Below, one piece after another: positions 22,279 to 32,382 of a stretch of 64,000 bases of DNA (its first letter is position 1; each line of letters opens with the position of its first letter). The translations under genes were made by a program, and so were the position numbers. The DNA comes from Escherichia coli. GTDB taxonomy: Bacteria > Pseudomonadota > Gammaproteobacteria > Enterobacterales > Enterobacteriaceae. The DNA is taken from NCBI GenBank assembly GCA_025544715.1, contig GCA_025544715.1_4109.2; one strand, 5' to 3'. The notes below the pieces were generated by a model. It was not told where the DNA came from and did no database searches. It was given only the letters and a program-made list of their open reading frames with translations.

Positions 22279-22674
22279 TCAAGATGTAAAATAATTATAC
22301 CAGTAATATAGTTCTTTTAATTCTTCAGTACTGAATAATACTTCTTCTATTGTAGATTGTTGAAAGTGATATTCATCATTAAGATACATAGAAATATTAC
22401 TATATACTTTCCTATTGTATTGACATAAAAAAGAAGTTTTTTTATTAATGTATTCAGTAAATGTTAATTTATCTAACTCAATATCGAAAGATAATCTAAT
22501 AATATTAATATTATCATTTACATACATTAGTTTCTTTGAAAAATGATCAATTGTAATATATTCTTTGTGAGAGAACTGAAATATATTATTAAATTTTTTA
22601 CCATTTGTGCTTCTAAATTTTTCAAGGTAATAAGAAAGTGGTTTAATTATTGAAGTTCCAATATTATTTTTCAT
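22279..22674 (-). CDS. EE-FQ-S C-terminal-module family protein
   Basis: C-terminal region LNDEYHFQQSTIEEVLFSTEELKELY; start moved to ATG at 22672-22674 so the terminator hairpin is not inside the gene. Confidence 0.45.
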   Translation of the reverse strand: MKNNIGTSIIKPLSYYLEKFRSTNGKKFNNIFQFSHKEYITIDHFSKKLMYVNDNINIIRLSFDIELDKLTFTEYINKKTSFLCQYNRKVYSNISMYLNDEYHFQQSTIEEVLFSTEELKELYYWYNYFTS

Positions 22675-22690
22675 ATATACTCGAATTTTA

Positions 22691-22719
22691 GATAATAAAA
22701 ATGCCCCGAAGATCGGGGC
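22691..22719 (-). terminator. rho-independent terminator
   Basis: Stem GCCCCGA/TCGGGGC with 3-nt loop, followed on the minus strand by ATTTTTATT. Confidence 0.5.
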
Positions 22720-22836
22720 AGTACTAAAATGATTTTGTACCAAAAGGGGAATAAGAACAAAATGAAAATATAATAACGCATCATTATTATGTAAAGGGAG
22801 GAAAGTAACATGATATGTTAACCATTTCTGGTATAT

Positions 22837-23388
22837 TTATTTATCATTTAATTCTTTAAGTTGGGTTTGTATATCTTTAGTTATATTGCGAATTTTCTTA
22901 AAGCAATAAACACTATCATCCAATTCGATTTTAAGTTCATGTGTAAATGCATACAGAAGTTCAGCAAATACTAAATCTTGTCGCATCCAGTTTCCATCTT
23001 TATATAAAGTCATTACACAATATGGGCATTCACTATTAGAAGTTTGCTTTCCAATAAAAACACTTTGAATTGATTCATGCTTAAAGCCAATAAAACTTTC
23101 ATTTATTTTTTTAATTTCAGTACTGATATCGAATTTAGCACTGGTGTTGATTGCAAAAATTTTATTCCCACTTTCATCAGTATTGATATTGAGTTCAATA
23201 TCACTACCTAGTTTACGTACTGCTAGAGTATAAAGAAGTAATTCATACATGTCGTAACTTGTTACATTACCATTTGGTGCAATTACATCAACACTAACAC
23301 CGTGCATTTTTACTTCTGTATTAAATCCATCTTTATCAGAAAGAAAATCAGTGATTTGCTTTGTAAGGATTTTAATTTGGTCTATCAT
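22837..23388 (-). CDS. hypothetical protein
   Basis: 183-aa ORF. Confidence 0.5.
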   Translation of the reverse strand: MIDQIKILTKQITDFLSDKDGFNTEVKMHGVSVDVIAPNGNVTSYDMYELLLYTLAVRKLGSDIELNINTDESGNKIFAINTSAKFDISTEIKKINESFIGFKHESIQSVFIGKQTSNSECPYCVMTLYKDGNWMRQDLVFAELLYAFTHELKIELDDSVYCFKKIRNITKDIQTQLKELNDK

Positions 23389-23410
23389 ATTTCATTTCCT
23401 TATGTGATAA

Positions 23411-23440
23411 AAGCCTCCATTATGGAGGCTTTTGTATTTA
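23411..23440. terminator. hairpin terminator, possibly bidirectional
   Basis: Perfect 9-bp stem AAGCCTCCA/TGGAGGCTT with 3-nt loop, T-runs on both sides. Confidence 0.55.
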
Positions 23441-23441
23441 C

Positions 23442-23870
23442 TTAGAGAGATTCTTCGTATTCAGCAACAATCCCAACCATTTCATTAATGAACTTGATGT
23501 GAGAATGTGTCACTGTACGGAAGTCGTAAACAAGTGACTGTTGGAAAAATACATCTTCATCAAGAGAACCATCAAAGTTCAAATCAATGTTTTCATCGTC
23601 ATTGCTTGGTGCAACTTTAATATTCAGAAGATTTTCATCAACTGCAAGTTTTACAACACAACCCAGTGCAATGGCAAGAACATATGCTGGTTTCTTAGCT
23701 TTTTCATTACGGAATGGTGCACGTAGAGCACAAAAAGTACTGCTAATCTCATCATTTGGTTCTTTGTATTTAACATTGACCATTAGTTCTTCGATTTTGA
23801 CGCTCTCAATAACACGACCAGTTTCTGGAGCGAAGAAAGAATGTTCACGGATAGTTTGTTCGATATTCAT
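23442..23870 (-). CDS. EE-FQ-S C-terminal-module family protein
   Basis: C-terminal region GSLDEDVFFQQSLVYDFRTVTHSHIKFINEMV. Confidence 0.5.
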   Translation of the reverse strand: MNIEQTIREHSFFAPETGRVIESVKIEELMVNVKYKEPNDEISSTFCALRAPFRNEKAKKPAYVLAIALGCVVKLAVDENLLNIKVAPSNDDENIDLNFDGSLDEDVFFQQSLVYDFRTVTHSHIKFINEMVGIVAEYEESL

Positions 23871-23873
23871 ATA

Positions 23874-24068
23874 TTATTCCTTATTTAGATTGCTAAAAAT
23901 ACGAAGATTGCGGTTTGCTTTAAACTGTTTCAAATCACCAAATCTATCATCAACGATGAAAGTTGCTGATTTCTTTGACTGACATATTGTACAAATCAAC
24001 ATACCTTGTATTGTATACTCAGTTGAGCAATTTGTACAGTACTTTTTTTCATAAAGTTCAGTACTCAT
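23874..24068 (-). CDS. small zinc-ribbon protein
   Basis: 64 aa with CTNC...CTIC. Confidence 0.45.
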   Translation of the reverse strand: MSTELYEKKYCTNCSTEYTIQGMLICTICQSKKSATFIVDDRFGDLKQFKANRNLRIFSNLNKE

Positions 24069-24400
24069 AAAACCTTCACATCAGTACGTTTTTCTCTTTG
24101 TTCTTTTTTAACCTCATCAGTTCTAGTATCTTCTAATTGTAACACAACTTCTTTTAGAATGTCAACATCAATTGTTGCTTCTACATATTGATAGTCGTTT
24201 ACACCAAAAACATACTTTACTGCAACCCATACACGGTTATACCATTTTAAAAAAGGATTTAAACGCATACTTATCAGACATTGACCAAGTTTATCATCTC
24301 CATATTCCTCTGTCAAGTCAAATTGTGCAATGTGAACGCAATGCTCCATTTTATCGCCACAAGAACAACGTAAAATATACTCTTTACTATCTTCACTCAT
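24065..24400 (-). CDS. hypothetical protein
   Basis: 111-aa ORF. Confidence 0.45.
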   Translation of the reverse strand: MSEDSKEYILRCSCGDKMEHCVHIAQFDLTEEYGDDKLGQCLISMRLNPFLKWYNRVWVAVKYVFGVNDYQYVEATIDVDILKEVVLQLEDTRTDEVKKEQREKRTDVKVL

Positions 24401-24819
24401 ACTGGATAAGCCTTTAAAAATTGTTTAAGAACTCCAAACTTAGATGAATCGTAATCGTATTGATAGTTAAGCTCTCGCTTATCATTCATACGATACACCA
24501 TATGAAAATTTGGATAACCAATTCTAACAGGTTTTTTAGGATTAGCAAGTAAAATTGCCCATTCTTTTACAGGAAATACGTTTTCAGACAGCATTTTGAT
24601 ATTTGTTTCAAAATACTTCATGGCTTGCTTTCCGTGCTTGTAATCTTCTTCACTAATCTCTTGACAATCAATTCTATGTGTTTCGGTATCTAACACCCAT
24701 TGTTGATCTTCGGTATATAAATCAATTACATCATCAATAGTATAACTATCAGGTAAATCATAAAATACCCAATGAGATAAACCAGAACTTACACCAATTC
24801 GAATTTTAAAGAACTTCAT
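24397..24819 (-). CDS. hypothetical protein
   Basis: 140-aa ORF. Confidence 0.45.
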   Translation of the reverse strand: MKFFKIRIGVSSGLSHWVFYDLPDSYTIDDVIDLYTEDQQWVLDTETHRIDCQEISEEDYKHGKQAMKYFETNIKMLSENVFPVKEWAILLANPKKPVRIGYPNFHMVYRMNDKRELNYQYDYDSSKFGVLKQFLKAYPV

Positions 24820-24977
24820 TCTTTATCACCTTTTACATAATTATAACACACGACACAGTGAATTACAAGAAGAATTATTTCCACAATATTAAGAGACAAT
24901 ACATGACTCTGCGGTGTGAAAAGTGCCGATAACAACATTATAGCAGGTATTGTGAATATTTTCCAAGTTTTTTTCAT
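24816..24977 (-). CDS. hypothetical small membrane protein
   Basis: Track ORF 24816-25121 shortened to the internal ATG (MKKTWKIFTIPAIMLLSALF) to abut the upstream gene. Confidence 0.35.
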   Translation of the reverse strand: MKKTWKIFTIPAIMLLSALFTPQSHVLSLNIVEIILLVIHCVVCYNYVKGDKE

Positions 24978-24978
24978 T

Positions 24979-25209
24979 TTATTCCTTTGTATATGCGTAT
25001 GGTAAAAATAAAACCTCTGCATTAGGAATGCATTGTGCCAATCCTTCAACAATAGATTTGTTTTTATTACATTGCCAAACTTTAGTAATTTTATGTCTAA
25101 ATACTTTTTTATCAACGACAATCCAGTACATGTCCATTTTAACAGTACTGTTATCAGATGGTGTTAGTAAAGTATCGATGTCATATGTATCAAAGATTTT
25201 GTCGTTCAT
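24979..25209 (-). CDS. hypothetical small protein
   Basis: 76-aa ORF. Confidence 0.4.
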   Translation of the reverse strand: MNDKIFDTYDIDTLLTPSDNSTVKMDMYWIVVDKKVFRHKITKVWQCNKNKSIVEGLAQCIPNAEVLFLPYAYTKE

Positions 25210-25468
25210 ATAATCTCCTAATAAAGTATTCTCGATTCTCTCTTATATACCCAGATACACAGTTAGTTGTGGCTTGGTTAGTGAATGAAATCTCACTATT
25301 GGACACACCATTTGAATCACACAAAGGACATATTCCCATGTACATGGGGGTCGGGTAGGTGTCCAATTTGTATTTTTCATTACACACCATGTACTGCTGT
25401 GGTAATACATCTAATATTATTTCATATTCTTCATCAAACACCTTGACACATACCCAACATTTATTCAT
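25190..25468 (-). CDS. Cys-rich small protein (putative Zn finger)
   Basis: 92 aa with CWVC and CPLC pairs. Confidence 0.45.
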   Translation of the reverse strand: MNKCWVCVKVFDEEYEIILDVLPQQYMVCNEKYKLDTYPTPMYMGICPLCDSNGVSNSEISFTNQATTNCVSGYIRENREYFIRRLYERQNL

Positions 25469-25952
25469 TATTGTTTTCCTTTAACACCGTTCTTATGTCT
25501 TCGAATGTTTTAACAAACCAATCATGTTCGTCGGATACATCTACAACTTTACCACCATATACATAGTAATGGTAAAAAGGCAATTTGCTTTTTCTTAATC
25601 TTTCGGCTAACTCTGGATTTTGAATTATCTTAGCACAAATAGCATCTTGGATTATTGAGATACAATCATCTGTCATTTCAATTCGATCATGCATATATTT
25701 GTTAGCGGCGGCCTTTGCTGCTGCCCCATATACTTTTCTAAGGTCATCATGTTTTTGACCAGTTAAAAACCAAAAGTAAAATGTTTCAACTGATGGGAAC
25801 CATCCATATGGTTCAAGTTTGAAGCTGTGCGAAGAAAAGTTAGATAGATCTCTACCTAACTTCGTTCTGGCTTTACTATAAATGTTAATATGTCGGTATC
25901 CATCATCAGTAGGGTCAATGAAGTTAAATGACTCTTCTGGGAATTCAAACAT
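25461..25952 (-). CDS. NADAR-domain (YbiA-like) protein, putative
   Basis: LSNFSSHSF resembles the FSNF motif of YbiA/NADAR N-glycosidases; similarity recalled from memory only. Confidence 0.4.
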   Translation of the reverse strand: MFEFPEESFNFIDPTDDGYRHINIYSKARTKLGRDLSNFSSHSFKLEPYGWFPSVETFYFWFLTGQKHDDLRKVYGAAAKAAANKYMHDRIEMTDDCISIIQDAICAKIIQNPELAERLRKSKLPFYHYYVYGGKVVDVSDEHDWFVKTFEDIRTVLKENNNE

Positions 25953-25954
25953 AA

Positions 25955-26308
25955 TTATTCTTCTTCTCCTGAAGGAGTTCCACGTAGTTTATCAAAATCA
26001 ACCCAAATACCATGCTGGTTTTTAAATCGACATTTCTCATAGTACCAACTATAGTCTGTTTCAACACCTTGTGAAATAGAACGTACACTACAATCATACA
26101 TATTATATAAATGTTCCCTGACAATATATGTATTAATCAGTACAACGAATAATACAATAATACCACAGATTTTAGGATGATCCATAATCAAGTCAAGTAC
26201 TGATCTAGTTTCAGAACTATCAATCTTACTTCTACAAATAGCAACAATTTTAAGAACAGCGAATGATACCAGTAACGAAATTACAATAACACTTAAATAA
26301 ATTAGCAT
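25955..26308 (-). CDS. hypothetical membrane protein
   Basis: 117-aa ORF with two hydrophobic helices. Confidence 0.45.
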   Translation of the reverse strand: MLIYLSVIVISLLVSFAVLKIVAICRSKIDSSETRSVLDLIMDHPKICGIIVLFVVLINTYIVREHLYNMYDCSVRSISQGVETDYSWYYEKCRFKNQHGIWVDFDKLRGTPSGEEE

Positions 26309-26311
26309 AAA

Positions 26312-26893
26312 TTACACTCCTACACCAAAACGTAAAATAATATTATTAACAAACACTAAATCAAAAGGTGACTTTGGTTCAGATACTGAGTACTGAAATG
26401 ATTCTGCTGCGAAATTTTCTCTATTATACCATGTTTCAGAATTTATTAGCATTTTTTTATCACCAATCGTCACTGAATGTAATGGAACATTTGAAGAAGA
26501 ATTTATTGAATATGCATTAAGATTTCCGTTTTCATCTAATGTTATACTAAGATAATATTTTTTCTCAATATCAGGAATAAGTGCTTTTGTATACGAATAG
26601 ATTGAATCAACCCATTCATCATGTACATTTTCTGCACCAACCAGGTGTCCGAATGACAAATTACGTTTAACTGGCTTTGTTCCAGGACGAGTTAGAATGA
26701 ATTGTTTTGTTAAGTAAAAATTATTATGTTTTACTTCAATATTAACATTTTTAAAATTCACCACTTTATCATATACATTTCGAAAAACTGTTATATCCCA
26801 AGTACTAATTTCATCCATAATACTTATCACCAGTTCTTCTAGTTCTTGTATAAATGGCAAATCATCTTGATGAAATCTAGTCATGGTTTTCAT
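26312..26893 (-). CDS. hypothetical protein
   Basis: 193-aa ORF. Confidence 0.5.
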   Translation of the reverse strand: MKTMTRFHQDDLPFIQELEELVISIMDEISTWDITVFRNVYDKVVNFKNVNIEVKHNNFYLTKQFILTRPGTKPVKRNLSFGHLVGAENVHDEWVDSIYSYTKALIPDIEKKYYLSITLDENGNLNAYSINSSSNVPLHSVTIGDKKMLINSETWYNRENFAAESFQYSVSEPKSPFDLVFVNNIILRFGVGV

Positions 26894-27464
26894 ATACCTT
26901 TTTAAAATTCATAATTTCAAGAATACTGTATTCTTTATCACCAATCAAATCTTCAGTGAATGCTGTGGGGTCGGAATCGCTATACAACTTACCATTGATG
27001 ATAACACAACCATTACTAAGATACAATGCACTCATGATCTGTTGTCCTTCTTTCACATTTTGTGATGGACTTGGATTTGTAGTAACAAATCCATTAGATA
27101 CTACAAATCCATTTCCTGCTAATGATGATGTTAGTTCTGACCATTCTACTGATATTAAGTCACGATAGTCCTTAGATACTTTTATATTCACAATACAAGC
27201 AACTCGTTTAATAGGTGGAGTGCTAATCGTGTACATTTGTGGTGTTTGAACAGCAGTTCCTGAATTTTGAGTCGATTTGGTAATTACTGGTTCTACACTG
27301 GGAACTGTTGTTCTTAGTGATATAATACGTCCAGTTTCATCCAATTTAAGGACTAAACGATGAGTTTCATCCTCAGAGTAATAGGGAAACAATCCACCTG
27401 AATTCATATTTTGAAGCATTTTAATTAATTCATAAGTATTTTTTAAAAACATAGTACACCCCAT
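26877..27464 (-). CDS. hypothetical protein
   Basis: 195-aa ORF. Confidence 0.5.
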   Translation of the reverse strand: MGCTMFLKNTYELIKMLQNMNSGGLFPYYSEDETHRLVLKLDETGRIISLRTTVPSVEPVITKSTQNSGTAVQTPQMYTISTPPIKRVACIVNIKVSKDYRDLISVEWSELTSSLAGNGFVVSNGFVTTNPSPSQNVKEGQQIMSALYLSNGCVIINGKLYSDSDPTAFTEDLIGDKEYSILEIMNFKKVYENHD

Positions 27465-27499
27465 AGAAAAGGGGAGTACAAAGTACTCCCAACATTTAA

Positions 27500-28054
27500 T
27501 TATAGTTTAATTGATTCTTGAATACCAGTATCCATTGCTTTCTTGGTACGTGTATCAGATACTACTGTACAAAGGTGTTCAATATTTTCACTTGGAAACG
27601 TATTCGAATCAAGAATTTTGGAATTCCAGAAGCCTTTGCGGAACTTAGCATAATCAGTACACTGGTCAATTTTCATTTTCTGAAGATTGTTGAACTTTGT
27701 ACGTCCTGTTTCAATTGTCACCATCAATTCCTGATAAATTTTAGGATCAAGATTTGGAACCTGTTGTTGAATCTGTGACATTACAAACTTCTGGTCAACA
27801 CCTTCACGCCCTTTAAAGTATGATTCAATCGTTTCTTTCAACGCATCTTTATACTTATCGGCTACTTGAACCTTATCTTGAATAGTAAGAGTATAATTGC
27901 TAAGTTGACTTTCTGATGCATCATAATACTTTTTAATGTTTCCTTCAAACTCAACTGCACGATCATGTGCACCAACATACATACTAATAGAACCAAACAC
28001 CATTAGTACGATAACTACCAAAATACCAATTAACGCAAGGAGTTTACCATTCAT
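27500..28054 (-). CDS. hypothetical membrane-anchored protein
   Basis: 184 aa with N-terminal TM helix (LLALIGILVVIVLMVF). Confidence 0.5.
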   Translation of the reverse strand: MNGKLLALIGILVVIVLMVFGSISMYVGAHDRAVEFEGNIKKYYDASESQLSNYTLTIQDKVQVADKYKDALKETIESYFKGREGVDQKFVMSQIQQQVPNLDPKIYQELMVTIETGRTKFNNLQKMKIDQCTDYAKFRKGFWNSKILDSNTFPSENIEHLCTVVSDTRTKKAMDTGIQESIKL

Positions 28055-29145
28055 AAATCGTTATCCCTCATATAAAGGCCAATAAAAATAGACAGAATCA
28101 ACAACACAATGGAAGCACCGATAAGAACATCTTTTCTAGGTTCCATTTTAACTGACAAGTACTCAAACTCTTTATTAGAGAGTCTCTCAAAATGTTTGTC
28201 AATATTATGTACTTCTTTAACTAGTAAGTCAAGAGTTAATTTTTCATTTAATGCATCAATACGCATCTTTGCATGTAACTCTTCATTCTTCATTCCTTGT
28301 GCAAATGATGTACTGTAAAATTTGACAACGTTACCATCATTGTCAATACCAAAGAACATAATAACATCATTCTTCTTACCACCACGCCACGATGCAAGGG
28401 TAGCATCAACAAAATCAACATCTTTGTAATCATAAACTAGTACTTGGATGTTTACCTGCTTACGTGCACCCATCGTTTTTAGCTCATTACGAAGGTATTC
28501 ATCGTAACCATCAACGTTGTAATTTGTAGTGTTAATTACGTGATGTGTTTTGTAATAATCAACTACACTTGGGTATTCTGGAATAGTACTAAGATACTTT
28601 TCATCATACATGTTGTGTAGTTCTTCAGGACTAAACAATGAGTTCTTATCAGCAAATAGATAGTTGATATATGAACTCTCTGCTGCGGCATAGTCACCAA
28701 TAATAACTTGCTGCCAACGTGGTGGTGTCATTGTACCTTGACGGTTCACACGTTCAATCTCAAACTCACCTACTGTACTTTTCACATACCAATCAACTTC
28801 ATATGAGTAATCAAAAACCTTATATGATTCACACTCACGATGTGATTTACCTTTACTATCATATCGCGTATGGCACTTCTCATGCCATGTATAGTGCTTA
28901 CATGAACTAGATTGTGTGCAATATTCTTTGTGGCTGTATTTTGAAGTTACTTGACCATTCAGAATCTCAACATCATAAAGCTGGCTATAGTTGATTGCGT
29001 ATGAAATACCAAGAACAAGAGCCGCACCAACTAGACAACAACCAATATGAATCAATAGTTCTTTAGTACTGATATGCTTATCGTACATGTATTTCATAAC
29101 GAATACAACGATAAGAGCAGGTATTAACAGAATAATGAAATTCAT
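28051..29145 (-). CDS. hypothetical membrane protein (N- and C-terminal TM, Cys-rich segment)
   Basis: 364 aa; TM helices at both ends; Cys/His-rich stretch CTQSSSCKHYTWHEKCH. Confidence 0.55.
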   Translation of the reverse strand: MNFIILLIPALIVVFVMKYMYDKHISTKELLIHIGCCLVGAALVLGISYAINYSQLYDVEILNGQVTSKYSHKEYCTQSSSCKHYTWHEKCHTRYDSKGKSHRECESYKVFDYSYEVDWYVKSTVGEFEIERVNRQGTMTPPRWQQVIIGDYAAAESSYINYLFADKNSLFSPEELHNMYDEKYLSTIPEYPSVVDYYKTHHVINTTNYNVDGYDEYLRNELKTMGARKQVNIQVLVYDYKDVDFVDATLASWRGGKKNDVIMFFGIDNDGNVVKFYSTSFAQGMKNEELHAKMRIDALNEKLTLDLLVKEVHNIDKHFERLSNKEFEYLSVKMEPRKDVLIGASIVLLILSIFIGLYMRDNDL

Positions 29146-29148
29146 GTA

Positions 29149-29910
29149 TTAATCCATTTTAAGCTTGTTTAGACAGAATGAAATCTGGATTGCTTCACGT
29201 GCTGCATCAAACAGTGGGTGATGTAACTCCAACCCATTAATCCCACACGTATTTGCATATGTGATAAATTTATCCAACTGTACCGAAACGATTTCATCCA
29301 TTTCAATACGAGCTTCTTCATTCAATAAACGTTTCAATGTGCGTGCATTTTCAGGTGCATCATACTTCCACAACTCACCAGCGTTCATTAGTTTTAAATG
29401 GTTTGCTTGTAAAATACTACAATCGAAGTTACATCCGTTGCCCCAGACTGAATGAGGAACTTCTTCACCATAATCATTGTAACGTAATTCTTTCCAGAAA
29501 TCAACAATACTACTGTATGCAAAAAATCGTCGTGATTGACCATTCGGTCCATACAGTTCAGGTGCTTTGAGTTTCATAGTACTGGAAACTTCACTATATG
29601 CATTAGGATATTCTTTCTGGCAGGTATTCATCCAAAAATCCATTGCACCTGCGTCTGATTTTAAACCAGCAGCAACTTGATCCTGGTATGGTAATTTAAT
29701 ATATAAGAACTGACGAATGTCATTTTCAGGTTTACTTGGAACTACTACTGCTGCGTAATTTGGGATAATAATATCATAACCTGAAAGTTCAGGTGTTCCA
29801 AGAGCTTCAATATCAACACTAATATGACGACGTTTCATAAGTTCGTTCCTTATCTGTACATTAAAAAGAGTGCGTTTCAATAATATTATTATATTAAAAA
29901 ACGCACTCAT
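29149..29910 (-). CDS. dexA: DexA-like 3'-5' exonuclease (DEDD family)
   Basis: ISVDIEALGT (Exo I D-x-E), WGNGCNFDCSIL and HHPLFDAAREA match the T4 DexA motifs as recalled; true start is probably the internal Met near 29838. Confidence 0.55.
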   Translation of the reverse strand: MSAFFNIIILLKRTLFNVQIRNELMKRRHISVDIEALGTPELSGYDIIIPNYAAVVVPSKPENDIRQFLYIKLPYQDQVAAGLKSDAGAMDFWMNTCQKEYPNAYSEVSSTMKLKAPELYGPNGQSRRFFAYSSIVDFWKELRYNDYGEEVPHSVWGNGCNFDCSILQANHLKLMNAGELWKYDAPENARTLKRLLNEEARIEMDEIVSVQLDKFITYANTCGINGLELHHPLFDAAREAIQISFCLNKLKMD

Positions 29911-29920
29911 ATGTCAACTA

Positions 29921-31057
29921 TTACTTGTTAGCTTTTTCGGCAATTTCACGAAGAGTGTCTTCCAGTTCATAGGAAAGTTGTGCAATTTCCTGTTTAGCAC
30001 GTTCACGTTCCAATTTACCTTTTTTCTCTTCCTCAATAACTGCTTCAATACTGTCAATCATCGTTTTATGTACATTACGCAAGGTTTTAATATCCACAAT
30101 ACCACGGTTGTTTGCCTTTGCTGCATCCAACATATTTGCTGCAACCATTTTAGAGTTAGTTTCCAAAAGACGGTTTGTCTCGTTGTCAATAAGATTACCC
30201 AGTTCATTATCCTTACGTTGACGCTCGGAAATCAACTGTTCAGCCAATTGAGACTTCCATGCTGGAATAACAACGGATTTTAAATCTTCAAACTTAGAAA
30301 CAGTGTTCAAGTTTACTTTTTTCATACTCATCAAGCGTGGACCACTTAGTTCGCACATCATGATAAGACGACGAATCTTATCTTCTTGTTTAGAAAGTGC
30401 TTCACAAATCATCTTTTGCTCTTGAATAGCAAAAGAGTCTACATTTTTGTCTGCTTGCATTTCTACTAGTAATGCATCTTGTGTTTTAGTTACTTCTTCT
30501 AAACCAACTAATGTATCACGTAATTCAAACAAATATTCTTTGTTTTCATTATATGCTTTATCAAGCCATTCACATTCTCCGTGCTGGCGATTAATACCAG
30601 TTTGAAGAGTTTTCATAATTTCATCAATTTGCTCTTTACTGTTTTTGTACTGATCACCGACTTTCTGTTGAGCATTAACAAAGAATTTCTTAATACGACC
30701 AACAATTGATTTATCTTCTTGAAGACTGTCAATATCAACTGCACGAGTCAACGTAAGAATTGTGGTGATTGATTTACCAAACTCGGTATTGTCATCTGTT
30801 ACATTAACTTTAGACATAATTTCATCAGCCAGACGCCCAACAGCAGCACCAGCAGTTGTACCAACAGTATTGATGTTTTGAACTGTTAGAGACATAGTAT
30901 TTCCCTTAACATCTTTCAGTACTGGTAGTGATTTTGTAGTTTGGTTAAAAATATCACTTGCATCAATTGTATGACCTTTAGTCGCAGTTTTAGTAGTACG
31001 TTTTGCTGATTTAGCTGCGGTGGATGCTTTTTTAGGATTGATTTCTTTCTCGGACAT
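29921..31057 (-). CDS. hypothetical protein, Lys/Thr-rich N-terminus, helical
   Basis: 378 aa; first gene downstream of the promoter at 31106-31134. Confidence 0.55.
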   Translation of the reverse strand: MSEKEINPKKASTAAKSAKRTTKTATKGHTIDASDIFNQTTKSLPVLKDVKGNTMSLTVQNINTVGTTAGAAVGRLADEIMSKVNVTDDNTEFGKSITTILTLTRAVDIDSLQEDKSIVGRIKKFFVNAQQKVGDQYKNSKEQIDEIMKTLQTGINRQHGECEWLDKAYNENKEYLFELRDTLVGLEEVTKTQDALLVEMQADKNVDSFAIQEQKMICEALSKQEDKIRRLIMMCELSGPRLMSMKKVNLNTVSKFEDLKSVVIPAWKSQLAEQLISERQRKDNELGNLIDNETNRLLETNSKMVAANMLDAAKANNRGIVDIKTLRNVHKTMIDSIEAVIEEEKKGKLERERAKQEIAQLSYELEDTLREIAEKANK

Positions 31058-31105
31058 TTAGTATTCCTCGTTTAATTTAATATGATGTGCTGCTCTGTGA
31101 TAAAC

Positions 31106-31134
31106 ATTATACGGGCAGCACGTATGATAGTCAA
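31106..31134 (-). promoter_or_regulatory. early-type sigma70 promoter (TTGACT-17-TATAAT)
   Basis: Minus-strand TTGACT at 31134-31129, 17-nt spacer, TATAAT at 31111-31106. Confidence 0.55.
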
Positions 31135-31145
31135 GTATTTTTTTT

Positions 31146-32273
31146 TTACTCTTTGTTACCATATGCCAGATTACGAATAATCTCTACAGTACTCTCATCT
31201 ACGGCTTTACCTGTCTGTGATTGTAAACGATTGATAATCAAAGGAATAGTAATAGTTTGAATATCTACCATACGATTCATATCAACTTGATATTGCTTAC
31301 TTGTTGCAATAATGCTCGTTTCAGTCATGGATGTGGTGATTCCCATTTTCATAATACGTTCTAATGTTAATTCATATTCAAACGCATCATCCACACAACG
31401 TAGTGCGTATTCACATCCCAACTTCCCATATTCAAGTTCATTTTTGATTTCATGAACTTCGTTTCTAAGTTCTGAAAACATCGTACTAAGACCACTAAAC
31501 TTATTAGTATCATACTTAACTGCTTCATTTAGTGCTTTCATCACTTTTGGCAAATCTGATGGTTGCACTTTGATATCGGTTTTACCAAACAATTTCTGCG
31601 TAAAGGTCGGCTTCAATGGGAACAACGTTTCCAACGCAACAGTAAGGTTATTCATAAGCATTCTAATATAATCACTATGCTGTTGTAATGCTGAGTTAAG
31701 ATCCAATTGACGTTCTGAAATTTGTTGAATCTTAGTTCCAATTTCTTGTGCACAAACTGGTAAGTTTACAAACCAGTCTAGTACTTTTACTGAATTCTTT
31801 TCAATAGTACTAGGGAATTCAACCCATCTTTCAATGTCATCAATTCTGCTATCGTCTGGGTTGATAGGTTTTTTCTTAAGAACAATAGGTGCAGGTACAT
31901 CTGGTGATGTTTGTACCAAGTCTAAACGTGGTTTAGCACGACCTTCTTTCCATTCACGATATTCACGCTCTAATGGCGGTACTGGCATGTTAGGATCAAT
32001 TCTAATATTACTAAAATGAATTTTATCCTTCATTAAATCAAGAACTTTCAGACGTTTATTATCAAAATAGATTTCATCCAATGACAGAGTTTTTACATCA
32101 AATAACGGATTACCCAATGAGTCATAGGTGCGGCGAACAATTACATTATAAATGTATTTTTTGTTTGATGAACGGTCATATTGTTTCAATAAAGAGTTCA
32201 GTACATAATTATAGTTAAATTCTTGAATCTCAACTTCTTTGCCATTTTCAATGAAAAAATATTTACCTTTCAT
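31146..32273 (-). CDS. hypothetical protein
   Basis: 375-aa ORF. Confidence 0.55.
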   Translation of the reverse strand: MKGKYFFIENGKEVEIQEFNYNYVLNSLLKQYDRSSNKKYIYNVIVRRTYDSLGNPLFDVKTLSLDEIYFDNKRLKVLDLMKDKIHFSNIRIDPNMPVPPLEREYREWKEGRAKPRLDLVQTSPDVPAPIVLKKKPINPDDSRIDDIERWVEFPSTIEKNSVKVLDWFVNLPVCAQEIGTKIQQISERQLDLNSALQQHSDYIRMLMNNLTVALETLFPLKPTFTQKLFGKTDIKVQPSDLPKVMKALNEAVKYDTNKFSGLSTMFSELRNEVHEIKNELEYGKLGCEYALRCVDDAFEYELTLERIMKMGITTSMTETSIIATSKQYQVDMNRMVDIQTITIPLIINRLQSQTGKAVDESTVEIIRNLAYGNKE

Positions 32274-32350
32274 TATAAAACCTCATAATCAATTAAAATT
32301 TACGCGATGGTGATATTGTACATACTTCGACTACACATGTCAACACCTGA

Positions 32351-32382
32351 AAAGAAAAAAGGACGCACCTTAGTGCATCCTT
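32351..32382 (-). terminator. rho-independent terminator
   Basis: Stem AAGGATGCAC/GTGCGTCCTT (one G-U), 5-nt loop, then TTTTTTCTTTTC on the minus strand; overlaps the stop of the upstream gene. Confidence 0.5.

Noticed and set aside
27500-28054. LemA-family assignment for the membrane-anchored protein
   Set aside because: Architecture fits, but the LemA RRxDLIPNLV-type motif is absent; left as hypothetical.
29921-31057. TelA-like (toxic anion resistance) assignment for the 378-aa helical protein
   Set aside because: Size and helical K/E/Q-rich composition are suggestive, but I could not identify a diagnostic motif; not asserted.
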